From NCBI GenBank assembly GCA_964404855.1, contig CAYOLO010000002.1, positions 3,494 through 67,493 of the forward strand: a DNA stretch of 64,000 bases, written 5' to 3'. A model generated the notes under the pieces. The model was given only the letters and a program-made list of their open reading frames with translations. It was not told where the DNA came from and ran no database searches. Positions 29,248 to 39,630 of this stretch are shown piece by piece. Each line of letters opens with the position of its first letter. Position 1 is the first letter of the stretch. The position numbers were made by a program, and so were the translations under genes. This DNA is from an uncultured Gammaproteobacteria bacterium (GTDB lineage: Bacteria > Patescibacteriota > Microgenomatia > CAYQLK01).

Positions 29248-30940
29248 TCTTGATTTTTTTTAGAAATAATAGACAAATAATTATTGATAAACTAACAAGG
29301 CTAATTATCTCACTAATTAACCTGATTGGAGTACGGGAAAAATTAAGTTCAATTATGGATTCTCCTTGAGGAATCATCACTGTTATTAACTTTAGCCGAT
29401 TAACATTATCTACTTTTGTTTTTTGACCATTTATTTTGACTTCCCACCCAGGAAAATCAAATGTGTTGAATTGTACTTTTCCATTTGTCGAAAGGGCTGC
29501 TCGATATTTTTGATTTCCTGAATTAAACTCTATATTTTCTATAATCCCTTCCCCTTCAAGTATTTCGAATTGGCTTTGAGGTAAGTCAATTTCATCGATA
29601 TCAGGAATGGTTGTAAAATCTTTAGAGACTTTGGTTGCAACACCTTTTGGAATATATTCGAACGAAGACCTGCTGGTCGCCCAATCAAGTCTTTGTTTTG
29701 ATAAGTAATCAGAATCAGAAAACTGCTTAAATGACTCTGGAGAAAACCTACCGAATAACTCAAAAATTGTTATTGCAAATACAATCGTTAAAAATAAATA
29801 TGAATATTTTTTATTTTTTTTACTTGTTTCATTGCATAAAAATGCGAAAACAAATGGTGCAAATAAGGTTACGAAGGTTAAAAATCTCCATGGAAATTGC
29901 AAATAAGCAATTGGCTCAAATGCTAACCAAATAGGTTTGGAATATTTTAGCGTCATAAATAATGGCAGCAAAATAAACAATGGAAGTAGCTGATTTAAAA
30001 CTATTTTTTTATTTTTTATTACATTGTAAGTAATAATTCCAAGGCTCACCATTATTCCAATTAATAATACTTTTCCAACCTCAAACGACATTCCATCGTT
30101 TAATTCAGGTAATGAGCCTCCGTATCCCCAAGCAGAGTCCCAAAGTTGCCGAATATATACAAAATGAATTCTATAGTCAGCTAGTTCAGTAAGAAGTATT
30201 CCGTCAACAAGCGTAAATTTTTTTTCAATGATGGATGGGATAGACGAAAAAGCGGAAAGTCCTCCTCCAAGCCCTAATGAAACAACCGTTATAACTATTT
30301 TTCTAACCGACCGTGTTTGTATATAAAGTACAAAAACCCAGACCAATATAATTAACAAAAATCCAAGTGCTGTAAGCGTGTGAGTAAGAATAAGCCCTGC
30401 AAAAGCTAAAGATAAAAATACAAAACTTTTTATTAGATTTTTAGATTTTTTATCAAAAATATTATAAATATTTAATAAAATTAGAGGTAAAAATACAAAG
30501 GAAAATGCTTCTGATAATGCACCCCTTACGTACACATCTAGCGCCCTATAGCTGGTTAATACATAAAACGATGAACAGATTGCTGATATATTTTTTGAAT
30601 AAAACTTATTTAATAAAAAATACATCGAAACCATTGATCCTAAAAACGAGATAAAAATTATTAGTTTTACTGACAGAATTAAGGATGCCCCCATTAAATA
30701 AAATACTGAACCAATATAATAAATTAATGGCGGGTAAAAAATAAATAATGGATATCCAAAACCAAATCCTAAATGATTAACCCACCTAACTGGAAATTGT
30801 CCAGATTTTAAGGCTTCTGTAAGTAAATAAATTCGAGCAACTTGCTGGTCATCATGAACACTAAAAAACTGATTATTTAGTATTGAATAACTAACATAAA
30901 TTAACGCAACTAATGGAATTAAAATAATAATTTTTTTCAT
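29222..30940 (-). CDS. Polytopic membrane protein, YfhO-like / GT-C candidate (tandem paralog A)
   Basis: N-terminal FFSVHDDQQVARIYLL...FPVRWVNHLGFGFGYPLFIFYPPL. C-terminal domain FDFPGWEVKINGQKTKVDN shares the PGW[KE]xxxNG motif with the YfhO-like 22776..25079. Confidence 0.45.
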   Translation of the reverse strand: MKKIIILIPLVALIYVSYSILNNQFFSVHDDQQVARIYLLTEALKSGQFPVRWVNHLGFGFGYPLFIFYPPLIYYIGSVFYLMGASLILSVKLIIFISFLGSMVSMYFLLNKFYSKNISAICSSFYVLTSYRALDVYVRGALSEAFSFVFLPLILLNIYNIFDKKSKNLIKSFVFLSLAFAGLILTHTLTALGFLLIILVWVFVLYIQTRSVRKIVITVVSLGLGGGLSAFSSIPSIIEKKFTLVDGILLTELADYRIHFVYIRQLWDSAWGYGGSLPELNDGMSFEVGKVLLIGIMVSLGIITYNVIKNKKIVLNQLLPLFILLPLFMTLKYSKPIWLAFEPIAYLQFPWRFLTFVTLFAPFVFAFLCNETSKKNKKYSYLFLTIVFAITIFELFGRFSPESFKQFSDSDYLSKQRLDWATSRSSFEYIPKGVATKVSKDFTTIPDIDEIDLPQSQFEILEGEGIIENIEFNSGNQKYRAALSTNGKVQFNTFDFPGWEVKINGQKTKVDNVNRLKLITVMIPQGESIIELNFSRTPIRLISEIISLVSLSIIICLLFLKKIKNVRPRFIN

Positions 30941-32571
30941 CGTTTTTTTTGAAGTTTAATGAAATAGATAATTATTACTAAACAGCCAAGAATACTTAAA
31001 ACATTTGAAACCGTTCTTATTTTTGTATCAACAAACTCGAGTTTAACATCACTTCTGCCATTTAATATTTTGAAGTTAATTAATCCATCGGTTTGATAAT
31101 TAATTTCAGATTCGCTTCCATTTATAAATAACTTCCATCCCGGATAATACATTTTATTGACCGTTATAAAAGCGGCATCATCAGAGACTGTGGTAAATGA
31201 AATTAATTGAGTTTTCTGACTTAGATTCTCAACTATTACTGATTGAGGTGATGTAATTAAACTATTTGGTCTTAATTTTAATTCCTTATTAAACCAAATC
31301 GTTGATAATTCTGACTGATTTACTGTTGTTGAATCATTAGTTAGATAGTATTCGTCTGGATAGTTATTTTTTTCTACTTGAATTTGTGGAAAATATAAAA
31401 AGATTGTAAGACCAATTATTAGTATTAAATATATATTTTTAATCTTTTTAAAATAAGTTAAAACCAAAATAAGAATTAATGTACTTGAGAAGGTAGTTAG
31501 TGACAAAAATCTCCAAGGAAACTGAACTAATTTGTCGATACTAAATATTTCCCAAATTTTTGCTGAAATTGGAGTAATGAAAAAAATTGAAATACAAAAC
31601 AAGCTGAATGCAGATAAAAATTTTATTCTCCAGTTTTTATTGTGATGATCTAAAAAGAAAATAATTAATCCTAACAAAGAAAATATTATTGCGACAGTAG
31701 ATATTGGATATGATTTTTCACCGGAACTTGAAATATTGGTAATAAATGGTAGATCAATTAGCAAACTGAACACGCTGGGATAATGTTCCGCGTAACGAGC
31801 AATTAATATTTGAGGCTGTAAAGTATAAGCCCTTTCAAAAAGAGCAGGTGTCCAAAAGCTCGCTGAGACTAACAATGAGAGTAAAAATATCTTAATTAAA
31901 GATAAAATATTTTTGTATGACCAAGTTGTAAAAATAAGTCCGGCTAAATATGTAGCCGGAAGAAGAATTAATGCCAAAGTATTATGACCAATAATTACCA
32001 TTACCGAGGCGACAACAGAAGTAATAAAGGCTAGTTTTCTTTTGTTTTGCAAATAGCCGATTATTCCTAATGTGATAAATGGAACAAAAGCAAAAACAAA
32101 AATCTCTCCAAACGATCCCCTTTTATAAAGATCAATTATTTTGTATGGAGCAAATATATAAAACGTTGTGACGGTTAATGAAATAAGCGAATTTTTTGAA
32201 AATTTGCTTGAAAGTAAATAAATACCAGCAGATCCAATTAGTCCAAGAGCAAAAATTGATATTTTTACCGAGGTTTGTAATCCAAATCCAAATAAATGAA
32301 AAAACTCGCTTAAATAAAAAAAGCCCGGATAAAAAAAATTAAATATTGGATATCCATACCCATAATTTAGGTTATCTGCAATTCGAACAGGAATATGAAA
32401 ATCTGAAAAGCTTTTAAAAAATGCACCAACCCTAATTAACATTAAATTTCCATCATCGGTGCTAAAAAAACCAGCACTCAATAATGGCCAACTAAATATA
32501 ATATTAATAAATAGAATAAATAAAAAACCACAAATTATTTCGCGGTTTTTATTAAACGCCTTTTTGAGCAT
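30937..32571 (-). CDS. Polytopic membrane protein, YfhO-like / GT-C candidate (tandem paralog B)
   Basis: FFSTDDGNLMLIRVGAF...IPVRIADNLNYGYGYPIFNFFYPGF and the C-terminal KMYYPGWKLFINGSE. Clear paralog of 29222..30940. Confidence 0.45.
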   Translation of the reverse strand: MLKKAFNKNREIICGFLFILFINIIFSWPLLSAGFFSTDDGNLMLIRVGAFFKSFSDFHIPVRIADNLNYGYGYPIFNFFYPGFFYLSEFFHLFGFGLQTSVKISIFALGLIGSAGIYLLSSKFSKNSLISLTVTTFYIFAPYKIIDLYKRGSFGEIFVFAFVPFITLGIIGYLQNKRKLAFITSVVASVMVIIGHNTLALILLPATYLAGLIFTTWSYKNILSLIKIFLLSLLVSASFWTPALFERAYTLQPQILIARYAEHYPSVFSLLIDLPFITNISSSGEKSYPISTVAIIFSLLGLIIFFLDHHNKNWRIKFLSAFSLFCISIFFITPISAKIWEIFSIDKLVQFPWRFLSLTTFSSTLILILVLTYFKKIKNIYLILIIGLTIFLYFPQIQVEKNNYPDEYYLTNDSTTVNQSELSTIWFNKELKLRPNSLITSPQSVIVENLSQKTQLISFTTVSDDAAFITVNKMYYPGWKLFINGSESEINYQTDGLINFKILNGRSDVKLEFVDTKIRTVSNVLSILGCLVIIIYFIKLQKKR

Positions 32572-32572
32572 A

Positions 32573-34090
32573 TTATTTGACTTCGAAAATTCTTAAATAG
32601 GTATTTGAATTACCCTTTGCATACTTGCCCAATTCCAATATATTTTGATTTTTAAATAATTCTTCATCCTGTGTTAGGTTATAGATAAAAAAAGTTTTCT
32701 GGGTTTTTGATTTTTCTAACACTTCGACCGGAATGGTTTTTACAGGGTAGTATCCTTTTATTTCAACATTTGGATTTTTAATCAATTCAATTTCTAACGC
32801 ATAAGGAAGAAGGCCAAATGTTCCTTCGGTTCCAACAAAAATCTTTTCAGCTAGAGACGCGTTGTTAATTATTTCAACAGCTTCTTCTATTCCACCCCCT
32901 GCTGGCCAATCATTAAATAGTTGATTTTTATCGTTTTCAGGAATAATGGAGTTTGTTGGATTAATTATAATTGACATTATTCCCAATATTGGCCAAATTA
33001 AAATAATTGAAATTGTAAAAAGTTTTAATTTTAGTGATTTAATTTTTTCAATTTTTTCGACCACAAAATATGAACTTACAACAAAAATTATTGGAACCAA
33101 ATAGAGTAGATATCTTGGATAAATTATTTTTCCAAAAAAAGCAGTAGTAAAAAATGGCACCATTACCCAGATAAGTAAGAAAATTATTTTAAAGTTTAGC
33201 TTGAATCCGTAATAAATGGCAGACAAAATAAATAGAAAAAATGGAATTGGGGTTAAGTATTGAAACATCCAACTAATCAAGGCTGGCGTATTACCAAAGA
33301 CTAAGTAAAATGGGTTTTGAATAAATTCTTTGTTCGTGAGAATAAAAGTATGATTTTTCTCATCTATCATATTGAATAACGGGAAAAGCCTTAGCGAATT
33401 AAACATTGAATAAGCAATAAAGGTTGAAAGTAAAAATAATCCAATCAGCTTAAAAACAGTGGTTTTATTAAAACTAAATTTGTTTCTAATTTGAAGTAGT
33501 AAACTAAACGGAAGCAAATATATAAAAAAGTTTGCAGAAGACTTAGTCAAAAGTCCAAGACCGATTGTGAAACCTAATAAAAGTGACAAGTCAACTCTTG
33601 GTTTTTTTACCAAAAGCACTGTAAATAACACACTATAAATGCTTATCATTGAGATTAAACTTTCGTATATTGCTAATCGGTTATATACAAAAAAGAATGG
33701 ACTGGTTAAAAACAAACTTGCAGCAATAAGTCCTGTAAGCGAATTTTTTAGAACTCTACCTAAAAAATATATTCCAATGATTGAAACCAAGCCATAAAGA
33801 ACTGATAGTAATCTTACTGCCAGTAAGGAGTCATTTAATAACTTAACTGGAATCATTGCTATCCAAATAAATAATGGTTGTTTCCCGTCAAGAAGCGAAA
33901 TATATCTTAAAGATGCATCATTGGCAGCAATTTGAGCCCATCGTACATAGATCGCCTCATCTGTAAAAATTGGAGTCTTGTTAATAAAAACAAGATTGAT
34001 TAGTAAATAGATAATGATAATTCCAAAAAGTATGAATAGTTGATTAAGAGGAATTACTTTATTTATTTTCACAATAATTTTCGATGCCAT
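32573..34090 (-). CDS. GT-C fold membrane glycosyltransferase, ArnT/PMT_2-like
   Basis: PIFTDEAIYVRWAQ...KQPLFIW...AVRLLSVLYG (DE / PL / RL motifs). ~12 TM helices plus a C-terminal soluble domain. Confidence 0.65.
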   Translation of the reverse strand: MASKIIVKINKVIPLNQLFILFGIIIIYLLINLVFINKTPIFTDEAIYVRWAQIAANDASLRYISLLDGKQPLFIWIAMIPVKLLNDSLLAVRLLSVLYGLVSIIGIYFLGRVLKNSLTGLIAASLFLTSPFFFVYNRLAIYESLISMISIYSVLFTVLLVKKPRVDLSLLLGFTIGLGLLTKSSANFFIYLLPFSLLLQIRNKFSFNKTTVFKLIGLFLLSTFIAYSMFNSLRLFPLFNMIDEKNHTFILTNKEFIQNPFYLVFGNTPALISWMFQYLTPIPFFLFILSAIYYGFKLNFKIIFLLIWVMVPFFTTAFFGKIIYPRYLLYLVPIIFVVSSYFVVEKIEKIKSLKLKLFTISIILIWPILGIMSIIINPTNSIIPENDKNQLFNDWPAGGGIEEAVEIINNASLAEKIFVGTEGTFGLLPYALEIELIKNPNVEIKGYYPVKTIPVEVLEKSKTQKTFFIYNLTQDEELFKNQNILELGKYAKGNSNTYLRIFEVK

Positions 34091-35169
34091 TTGTATAGTA
34101 TAAAGCTTAACGGAAGACTAGATATGATAATTATATATTTTAGATAGAATGACAATCCTTCATATGAGCCAGATTGTATATATGGAATATGGGAAAAAGG
34201 TAAAAGTAGACTGATTAAAATAATACAATCTCTTGTGTAGCTACCCTTTGGAGAAATATAGGCGAGTGGAAGGACCCAAATTATGTACCAAATTTGAAAC
34301 TCTGTTCTAAAGGAAGCAATAAAAATTGAGAGTAAAGTTAAAAATAATAATGAGCTTGAAAAATATTTTGGAGTAAATTTTTTAATAATTAATGAAGGTA
34401 TCATAAAAAAGTTCGCGTATTTAATAAGCCCGCCAATAATTAAGGAAAAATAACTGATTTTTGTGTTTGCGACATAAACAACACTAATAATTAACGCTAA
34501 GGCGACATAAATGTCATTGTGGTTCCCGATTAATACCTCAGTAATTATTAACGGATTAAATAAAAATAGAAGGTTTTTATTGTCTGATTTTGAATTTAAT
34601 AACTTACTCGCAATAATTGCTGATATTATCGCAATTATTTTGAACAAAAATATTTGTATAAGTAGTTTAGTGGATATTAATGTGACTATTATTCCTGGTA
34701 TCAACCACAAAGGTCCGTATGGATACGTTCTATGTGTCCATCGCATAAAGTGAACCATGGGGTTGTTTGGGAAGTCGAGAGCTGAAAAATTATATGGATT
34801 CCCCCCATATTGAGTAATTATTTTTGAATCAAAAATGTAATTAAAAATGTCATAAGAAAGTAAAGCAGAATACGAAAAGGTTAATGGAAAAACTAATACA
34901 AATATTAATGATTTTTTGTTTATGTCGGCTAAATTTTTTTGGAAACTTAAAACCAAATAGATAATAATCCAAACAACTAAAAGTGAAGCAAAAACTAAGC
35001 TTGAAAGATTGCGATGATAGAAACCTAGATTTTGTAAACTATGTTGAAAAGACAAAACAAAAGTATTTTGTGAAAGCGTTAGATTTAGATCTGTAAGCGA
35101 GTATGAATAAACTGTTGTAGTTATTGATACTAAAAAAATGAGCAACAATATTAGCTTGGAACGATTCAC
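34069..35169 (-). CDS. Polytopic membrane glycosyltransferase, GT87/PIG-M/DUF2029-like (mannosyltransferase-like)
   Basis: SYDIFNYIFDSKIITQYGGNPYNFSAL...HRTYPYGPLWL matches the PIG-M/GT87 pattern D-x-D-Y-x-V-F-x-D-A...G-x-S-P-Y...Y-x-Y-T-P-L-L. Confidence 0.45.
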   Translation of the reverse strand: MNRSKLILLLIFLVSITTTVYSYSLTDLNLTLSQNTFVLSFQHSLQNLGFYHRNLSSLVFASLLVVWIIIYLVLSFQKNLADINKKSLIFVLVFPLTFSYSALLSYDIFNYIFDSKIITQYGGNPYNFSALDFPNNPMVHFMRWTHRTYPYGPLWLIPGIIVTLISTKLLIQIFLFKIIAIISAIIASKLLNSKSDNKNLLFLFNPLIITEVLIGNHNDIYVALALIISVVYVANTKISYFSLIIGGLIKYANFFMIPSLIIKKFTPKYFSSSLLFLTLLSIFIASFRTEFQIWYIIWVLPLAYISPKGSYTRDCIILISLLLPFSHIPYIQSGSYEGLSFYLKYIIIISSLPLSFILYKWHRKLL

Positions 35170-35176
35170 AAAAGAT

Positions 35177-35905
35177 TTATGCTTTTATCCAGTGATGTTT
35201 GAGCCAGATCTTTGCAAGACTGGTGAGTGTCATAATGGCATTTTTAGCTGTAACATGCATTCTTGTTTCACCGCCATAATTCCATTCGACAGGAACTTCA
35301 GCAACTTTATATTTCAACTTTCTAGCCATATATAAGATTTCTACATCGAAAATGATATTTTCTATTATTTGTCTTGAAAAAAGATCCTTAGCAGAATCAT
35401 GACTAAACATTTTAAATCCAGTTTGTGAATCTTTAATCCCTCTAACTAAAAATTCGCGAATGAAAGTAAACATTTTACCTAATACTCTTCTGTATAGAGG
35501 TTGTGATGCTCGCAAGTCTTTTCCTGTTGACTGTATCCTTGAACCGATTGCGATATCGGCTCCGTTGTTAATAGCTAGAATAAGTTTGTCTGCTTCTGTA
35601 ATTGGTGTTGCCATATCTGCGTCGGCAAAAATAATATATTTACCTTTTGCCTCAAGCATCCCTTTTTTGACTGGATATCCCTTAAAGTAGTTCTTTGGTG
35701 ATTTTAGAATTTTTAAATTACTTTGACTTTTGATTAAATCTTCAACAATCTGGACAGTGTTATCTTTGGAAAAATCATCAGAAACAATGATTTCGCCAGA
35801 TATTTTTTTTGAATCAAAGTATTCTTGAACTGATTTTATTGAAGAAGCTATTCTTTCCGACTCGTTATAAGTAGGGATTACGACTGATAAATATATTTCT
35901 AACAT
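35177..35905 (-). CDS. Polyprenol-phosphate sugar synthase, GT2 Dpm1/CsbB/GtrB-like
   Basis: LSVVIPTYNESERI...IIVSDDFSKDNT...FADADMATP...DSQTGFKMFS, the Dpm1-type motifs. 242 aa soluble form. Confidence 0.75.
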   Translation of the reverse strand: MLEIYLSVVIPTYNESERIASSIKSVQEYFDSKKISGEIIVSDDFSKDNTVQIVEDLIKSQSNLKILKSPKNYFKGYPVKKGMLEAKGKYIIFADADMATPITEADKLILAINNGADIAIGSRIQSTGKDLRASQPLYRRVLGKMFTFIREFLVRGIKDSQTGFKMFSHDSAKDLFSRQIIENIIFDVEILYMARKLKYKVAEVPVEWNYGGETRMHVTAKNAIMTLTSLAKIWLKHHWIKA

Positions 35906-35930
35906 AGGTTAATTTTACTTGTATTCTTTT

Positions 35931-37448
35931 TTATTTACTAGGCTCGTGAATTAGACGGAATATTTTAATATGCCCAGGAATAAAATCAAGCTCCTGATCA
36001 AGCTGTCTTGGCCCAAAAGATAAAATTTGAGGCATAGGACTTAGATTGTAACGACAATCCTTTTCTTCACATACAACAATTAACTGGTCGGTTATTTGAT
36101 TTTCAATTGGTGTAGGAGCAAGATTACTCTTTTCTAAAAAGAACCGGTACGCGTAATCTGTGTTACCGCTTGCCATAAGGGCAAAATTGTATGGCTTACC
36201 ACCAGCCAACTCTAGTACTTTATTTGAGACACTTTTAGCTGTCTTTAACTGATTTGATTCTTGTTTAAAAATAATATTCTTTGGTAAAAGATATGCAATA
36301 AGGGCAAATGTACAGACAATTAATATTATGGAGACAATTTTTTGTTTTTTAAAAGTAAAAAAGATTAACGAAAGTAATAAAAATGGCACAGGAAACAAAA
36401 AAGAAAAATAGTAGTTGTACAACTCGCCATTATAAAATGCTAAACCTAAAATTCCTGATAATGCCCAAATAATAACGACTAAATAAAAATCGTTAATTTT
36501 TTTGGATTTAAAAAATCCTACAGAAATTACTGCAAGCAACAAAGTAGCCAGACCTACAAATAATGCGGCCTCTGAGTTAGTTATAGATAATGTTTCTCTA
36601 AACAAACGACTAATTGCCGATAATACATTATCACCGAATTGAAATTCCCGAATGCCAACTGCGCCGGATGGTTTCGTTACAAATTCAATAATCGTCGAAG
36701 TGTTTTTAAATCCATGCCTTAATTCGAACAAAAAGTATGGTGAAAATGTAAATAAAAAGCCTGAGAAGGTAATTAGATATATTTTTATTAATCTAGATAT
36801 ATTATCGATTGAAAAAATAGTTGTAATTATAAAGATAGGCAATGCAAGTATTAAGCCTAAATAGTGTGATTGAATTGCTAAACCAAAAATAGCTCCAACT
36901 GCAAAACTAAAAACTAACTTATTTTTTTCTTTTGATAACAACAAAAATACAAATATTAACAACGACAAAAACGGTAAAATATTAGGATTCCAGCTTGATC
37001 TTGAAAACATAACCACTACTGGAGACACAGAATAAAGTAGGGCAGCAAGAAATGCAGGTAAAAACCCTAAATATTTTTTAATAACTAAATACAGAATAAT
37101 TACTGTAACAAAACCAAGGACTGCAACCTCAAATGCCATTCCAACTGGAGACATACCAAAAAGCAAAAAACCAGGAATTACCAAGTAATAATATGCAGGG
37201 CCAAGAAAAAACCCTCCAACTGAAGCAGATGGGCCTAATAAAGTAAGTTTTCCTTCCTGAAAAATATTTAATAAAACTAAGGCGTCTCTTCCTTCATCAC
37301 CGAGAAATGTCATATGCCCTTCAATATTCCAAAACCTTAGAATTGAAGCAATTATTACTAAAACTAATAAAAAAAAGAATTCAAGCTTTTGATTTTTGGC
37401 ATACAAAAAAAGTTTTTTTTGGTATTGAGACAATAATTTATTTAACAT
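35931..37448 (-). CDS. GT-C fold membrane glycosyltransferase, ArnT/PMT_2-like (divergent)
   Basis: RFWNIEGHMTFLGDEGRDALVLLN...LGPSAS...GMAFEVAVLG. ~12 TM helices plus a C-terminal soluble domain. Confidence 0.55.
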   Translation of the reverse strand: MLNKLLSQYQKKLFLYAKNQKLEFFFLLVLVIIASILRFWNIEGHMTFLGDEGRDALVLLNIFQEGKLTLLGPSASVGGFFLGPAYYYLVIPGFLLFGMSPVGMAFEVAVLGFVTVIILYLVIKKYLGFLPAFLAALLYSVSPVVVMFSRSSWNPNILPFLSLLIFVFLLLSKEKNKLVFSFAVGAIFGLAIQSHYLGLILALPIFIITTIFSIDNISRLIKIYLITFSGFLFTFSPYFLFELRHGFKNTSTIIEFVTKPSGAVGIREFQFGDNVLSAISRLFRETLSITNSEAALFVGLATLLLAVISVGFFKSKKINDFYLVVIIWALSGILGLAFYNGELYNYYFSFLFPVPFLLLSLIFFTFKKQKIVSIILIVCTFALIAYLLPKNIIFKQESNQLKTAKSVSNKVLELAGGKPYNFALMASGNTDYAYRFFLEKSNLAPTPIENQITDQLIVVCEEKDCRYNLSPMPQILSFGPRQLDQELDFIPGHIKIFRLIHEPSK

Positions 37449-37462
37449 ATTTCGACCCTAAG

Positions 37463-38614
37463 CTATGAAGATTTTTTTCGCCAAATTACTTTTGTATTTA
37501 AAATCCAGTTTAGAGCCAAGCCCAAAATCACACCGATTGCCAAAGAAATTTGCTTGTGAATTCCGAAATAAGGAGTGAGAGTGTTAATAACTAAAATTTG
37601 AATTAATGGTGAGCCGAGTGCAGTTATATTAAATTTAATAAAACGGGTAAATATTGATCCGCCAACCTTTCGATATCTAAATGTCCAAAAATTATTTATT
37701 AGAAAAATAGTAACAATCGACATCTCACCCGAAAGCAATGTCGCCATAAACAATGGTGTATCTTTGATCGCTGAAATCAGCCCAGATAATCCATCCACAG
37801 AGTGAGTGGACCTAAAAATTGTTGTTGCAACCGATAATGTAATTGCATTAACCAAATAACCGACAACTCCTGTAATTAAAAATTTAATTAATTCAGAGTG
37901 ATATTTAACAGAAACCAAAATTACTACCCTAAGCGAGTCAATTATTTCGTTTTTTTGAATCTTGGAATGACCTTTTTCTCTGTCGATAAATTCAATTGGG
38001 ACTTCTTTAATTTTTGCTCCACTTTTGTATAGGGCATAAAATAAATGAATTTTGTATGAGAAACGATTAGATAACAGATTATGATAGTCAATTTTTTTGA
38101 GATACTCTGTTTTTGTTGCTCTAAATCCAGTAGTCATATCGTGAAACTGTGGAGCAAGCAAAATAACTCTTGCGACAATATTTCCTAATGCAGATTGAAT
38201 TTTACGATGAATACCCCAGTCGGAAGGAATTGAACCACCTTTTATATACCTTGTACCAACTGCGACATCTGCACCATTTTTGATTGCTGATACCATAGCT
38301 GATACATACTGAGGTTTATGAGAACCATCTGCATCCATCTCAAAAACGACTTCGGCATTTAGCTCATTAATTGCATAATCAAACCCTCTAACATAAGCAG
38401 CACCTAACCCATTCTTCTTACCGGAAATAAGGAATATATTTTTATTTTTTTTCTGTAAAGTTTTTATAACTTCTGCGGTTCCATCTGGCGACTCGTCGTC
38501 AACAAAAAGAATTTTTAAATCAATATCTTTAGGATTGTATTTAGTTATTTCTGAATAGATATACTCAATGTTATCCTTTTCGTTGTAAGTTGGGATTATG
38601 ATAACTACTTTCAT
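37463..38614 (-). CDS. Dpm1-like GT2 polyprenol-phosphate sugar synthase fused to a C-terminal GtrA-family membrane domain
   Basis: N-terminus VVIIIPTYNEKDNI...VDDESPDGT...EMDADGSH...TTGFRATK (Dpm1 motifs). C-terminal ~130 aa with 4 TM helices and NNFWTFRYRK (GtrA PF04138 hallmark). Confidence 0.75.
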   Translation of the reverse strand: MKVVIIIPTYNEKDNIEYIYSEITKYNPKDIDLKILFVDDESPDGTAEVIKTLQKKNKNIFLISGKKNGLGAAYVRGFDYAINELNAEVVFEMDADGSHKPQYVSAMVSAIKNGADVAVGTRYIKGGSIPSDWGIHRKIQSALGNIVARVILLAPQFHDMTTGFRATKTEYLKKIDYHNLLSNRFSYKIHLFYALYKSGAKIKEVPIEFIDREKGHSKIQKNEIIDSLRVVILVSVKYHSELIKFLITGVVGYLVNAITLSVATTIFRSTHSVDGLSGLISAIKDTPLFMATLLSGEMSIVTIFLINNFWTFRYRKVGGSIFTRFIKFNITALGSPLIQILVINTLTPYFGIHKQISLAIGVILGLALNWILNTKVIWRKKSS

Positions 38615-39630
38615 TAAGTGTTTTGGGCAGCTTTAACTACTTTGCGATATTTTTCCATATCGGCATCGACCATCATCTTGACTAGTTCAGAAAATGTAGT
38701 TTTTGGTGTCCAACCAAGTTTTTCTTTTGCTTTGGTTGCGTCCCCTTTTAGAAAATCGACCTCAGCGGGGCGCATAAATTTTTCATCAAGCCCAATATGG
38801 TTTTGCCAATTATCAATACCGACGTGTTTGAATGCTTCTACTATAAAATCTTTAATTGTGTGAGTTTCACCTGTAGCAATAACAAAATCCTCTGGTTGGT
38901 CTTGTTGCAACATTAACCACATTGCCTCTACATAATCTCCAGCAAAACCCCAGTCACGGGCAGCATCGAGGTTACCAAAATCAACCTTGTCAATAAGTCC
39001 AAGCTTAACTCTTGCAGCTGCGTCGGTAACTTTTCTAGTTACAAACTCGATACCTCGTCTTGGCGACTCGTGGTTGAAAAGTATTCCTGAAACGGCAAAC
39101 ATATCATATGACTCCCTATAATTAATTGTCATCCAGTGCCCATAAAGCTTGGCAACTCCGTAAGGGCTTCTGGGATAGAATGGTGTTTTTTCTGTTTGAG
39201 GAGTTTCTTGAACTTTGCCAAACATTTCTGAAGAGGAAGCCTGGTAAAATTTTGCGTCTGGCTTGACGTGCTTTAATGCGTCAAGCATTCTAGTGACACC
39301 CATACCAGTAAGTTCACCAGTAAGTACGGCTTGATTCCATGAAGTCTTAACAAAAGACTGGGCGGCTAAGTTATATACCTCGTCCGGCTGACTTAAGTCG
39401 ATTGCGGAAATTAACGACTGTTCATCATAAAGGTCACCTTCAACTAAATGTAGTTGAGGTAAAATAGACTCTATTCTTTCGGTGTTTGGTGTTGATAAAC
39501 GTCTAACGACACCATAAACATCGTAACCTTTTTCTAGTAGCAATTCAGCTAAATACGAGCCGTCCTGACCAGTAATTCCTGTAATAAGTGCGGTCTTTGA
39601 TTTTGTTTCTTTCATAGTATTTATCCTCAA
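38614..39630 (-). CDS. gmd: GDP-mannose 4,6-dehydratase
   Basis: [33 protein letters not shown]...TERI and downstream GMD-specific blocks. 338 aa. Confidence 0.9.
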   Translation of the reverse strand: MRINTMKETKSKTALITGITGQDGSYLAELLLEKGYDVYGVVRRLSTPNTERIESILPQLHLVEGDLYDEQSLISAIDLSQPDEVYNLAAQSFVKTSWNQAVLTGELTGMGVTRMLDALKHVKPDAKFYQASSSEMFGKVQETPQTEKTPFYPRSPYGVAKLYGHWMTINYRESYDMFAVSGILFNHESPRRGIEFVTRKVTDAAARVKLGLIDKVDFGNLDAARDWGFAGDYVEAMWLMLQQDQPEDFVIATGETHTIKDFIVEAFKHVGIDNWQNHIGLDEKFMRPAEVDFLKGDATKAKEKLGWTPKTTFSELVKMMVDADMEKYRKVVKAAQNT

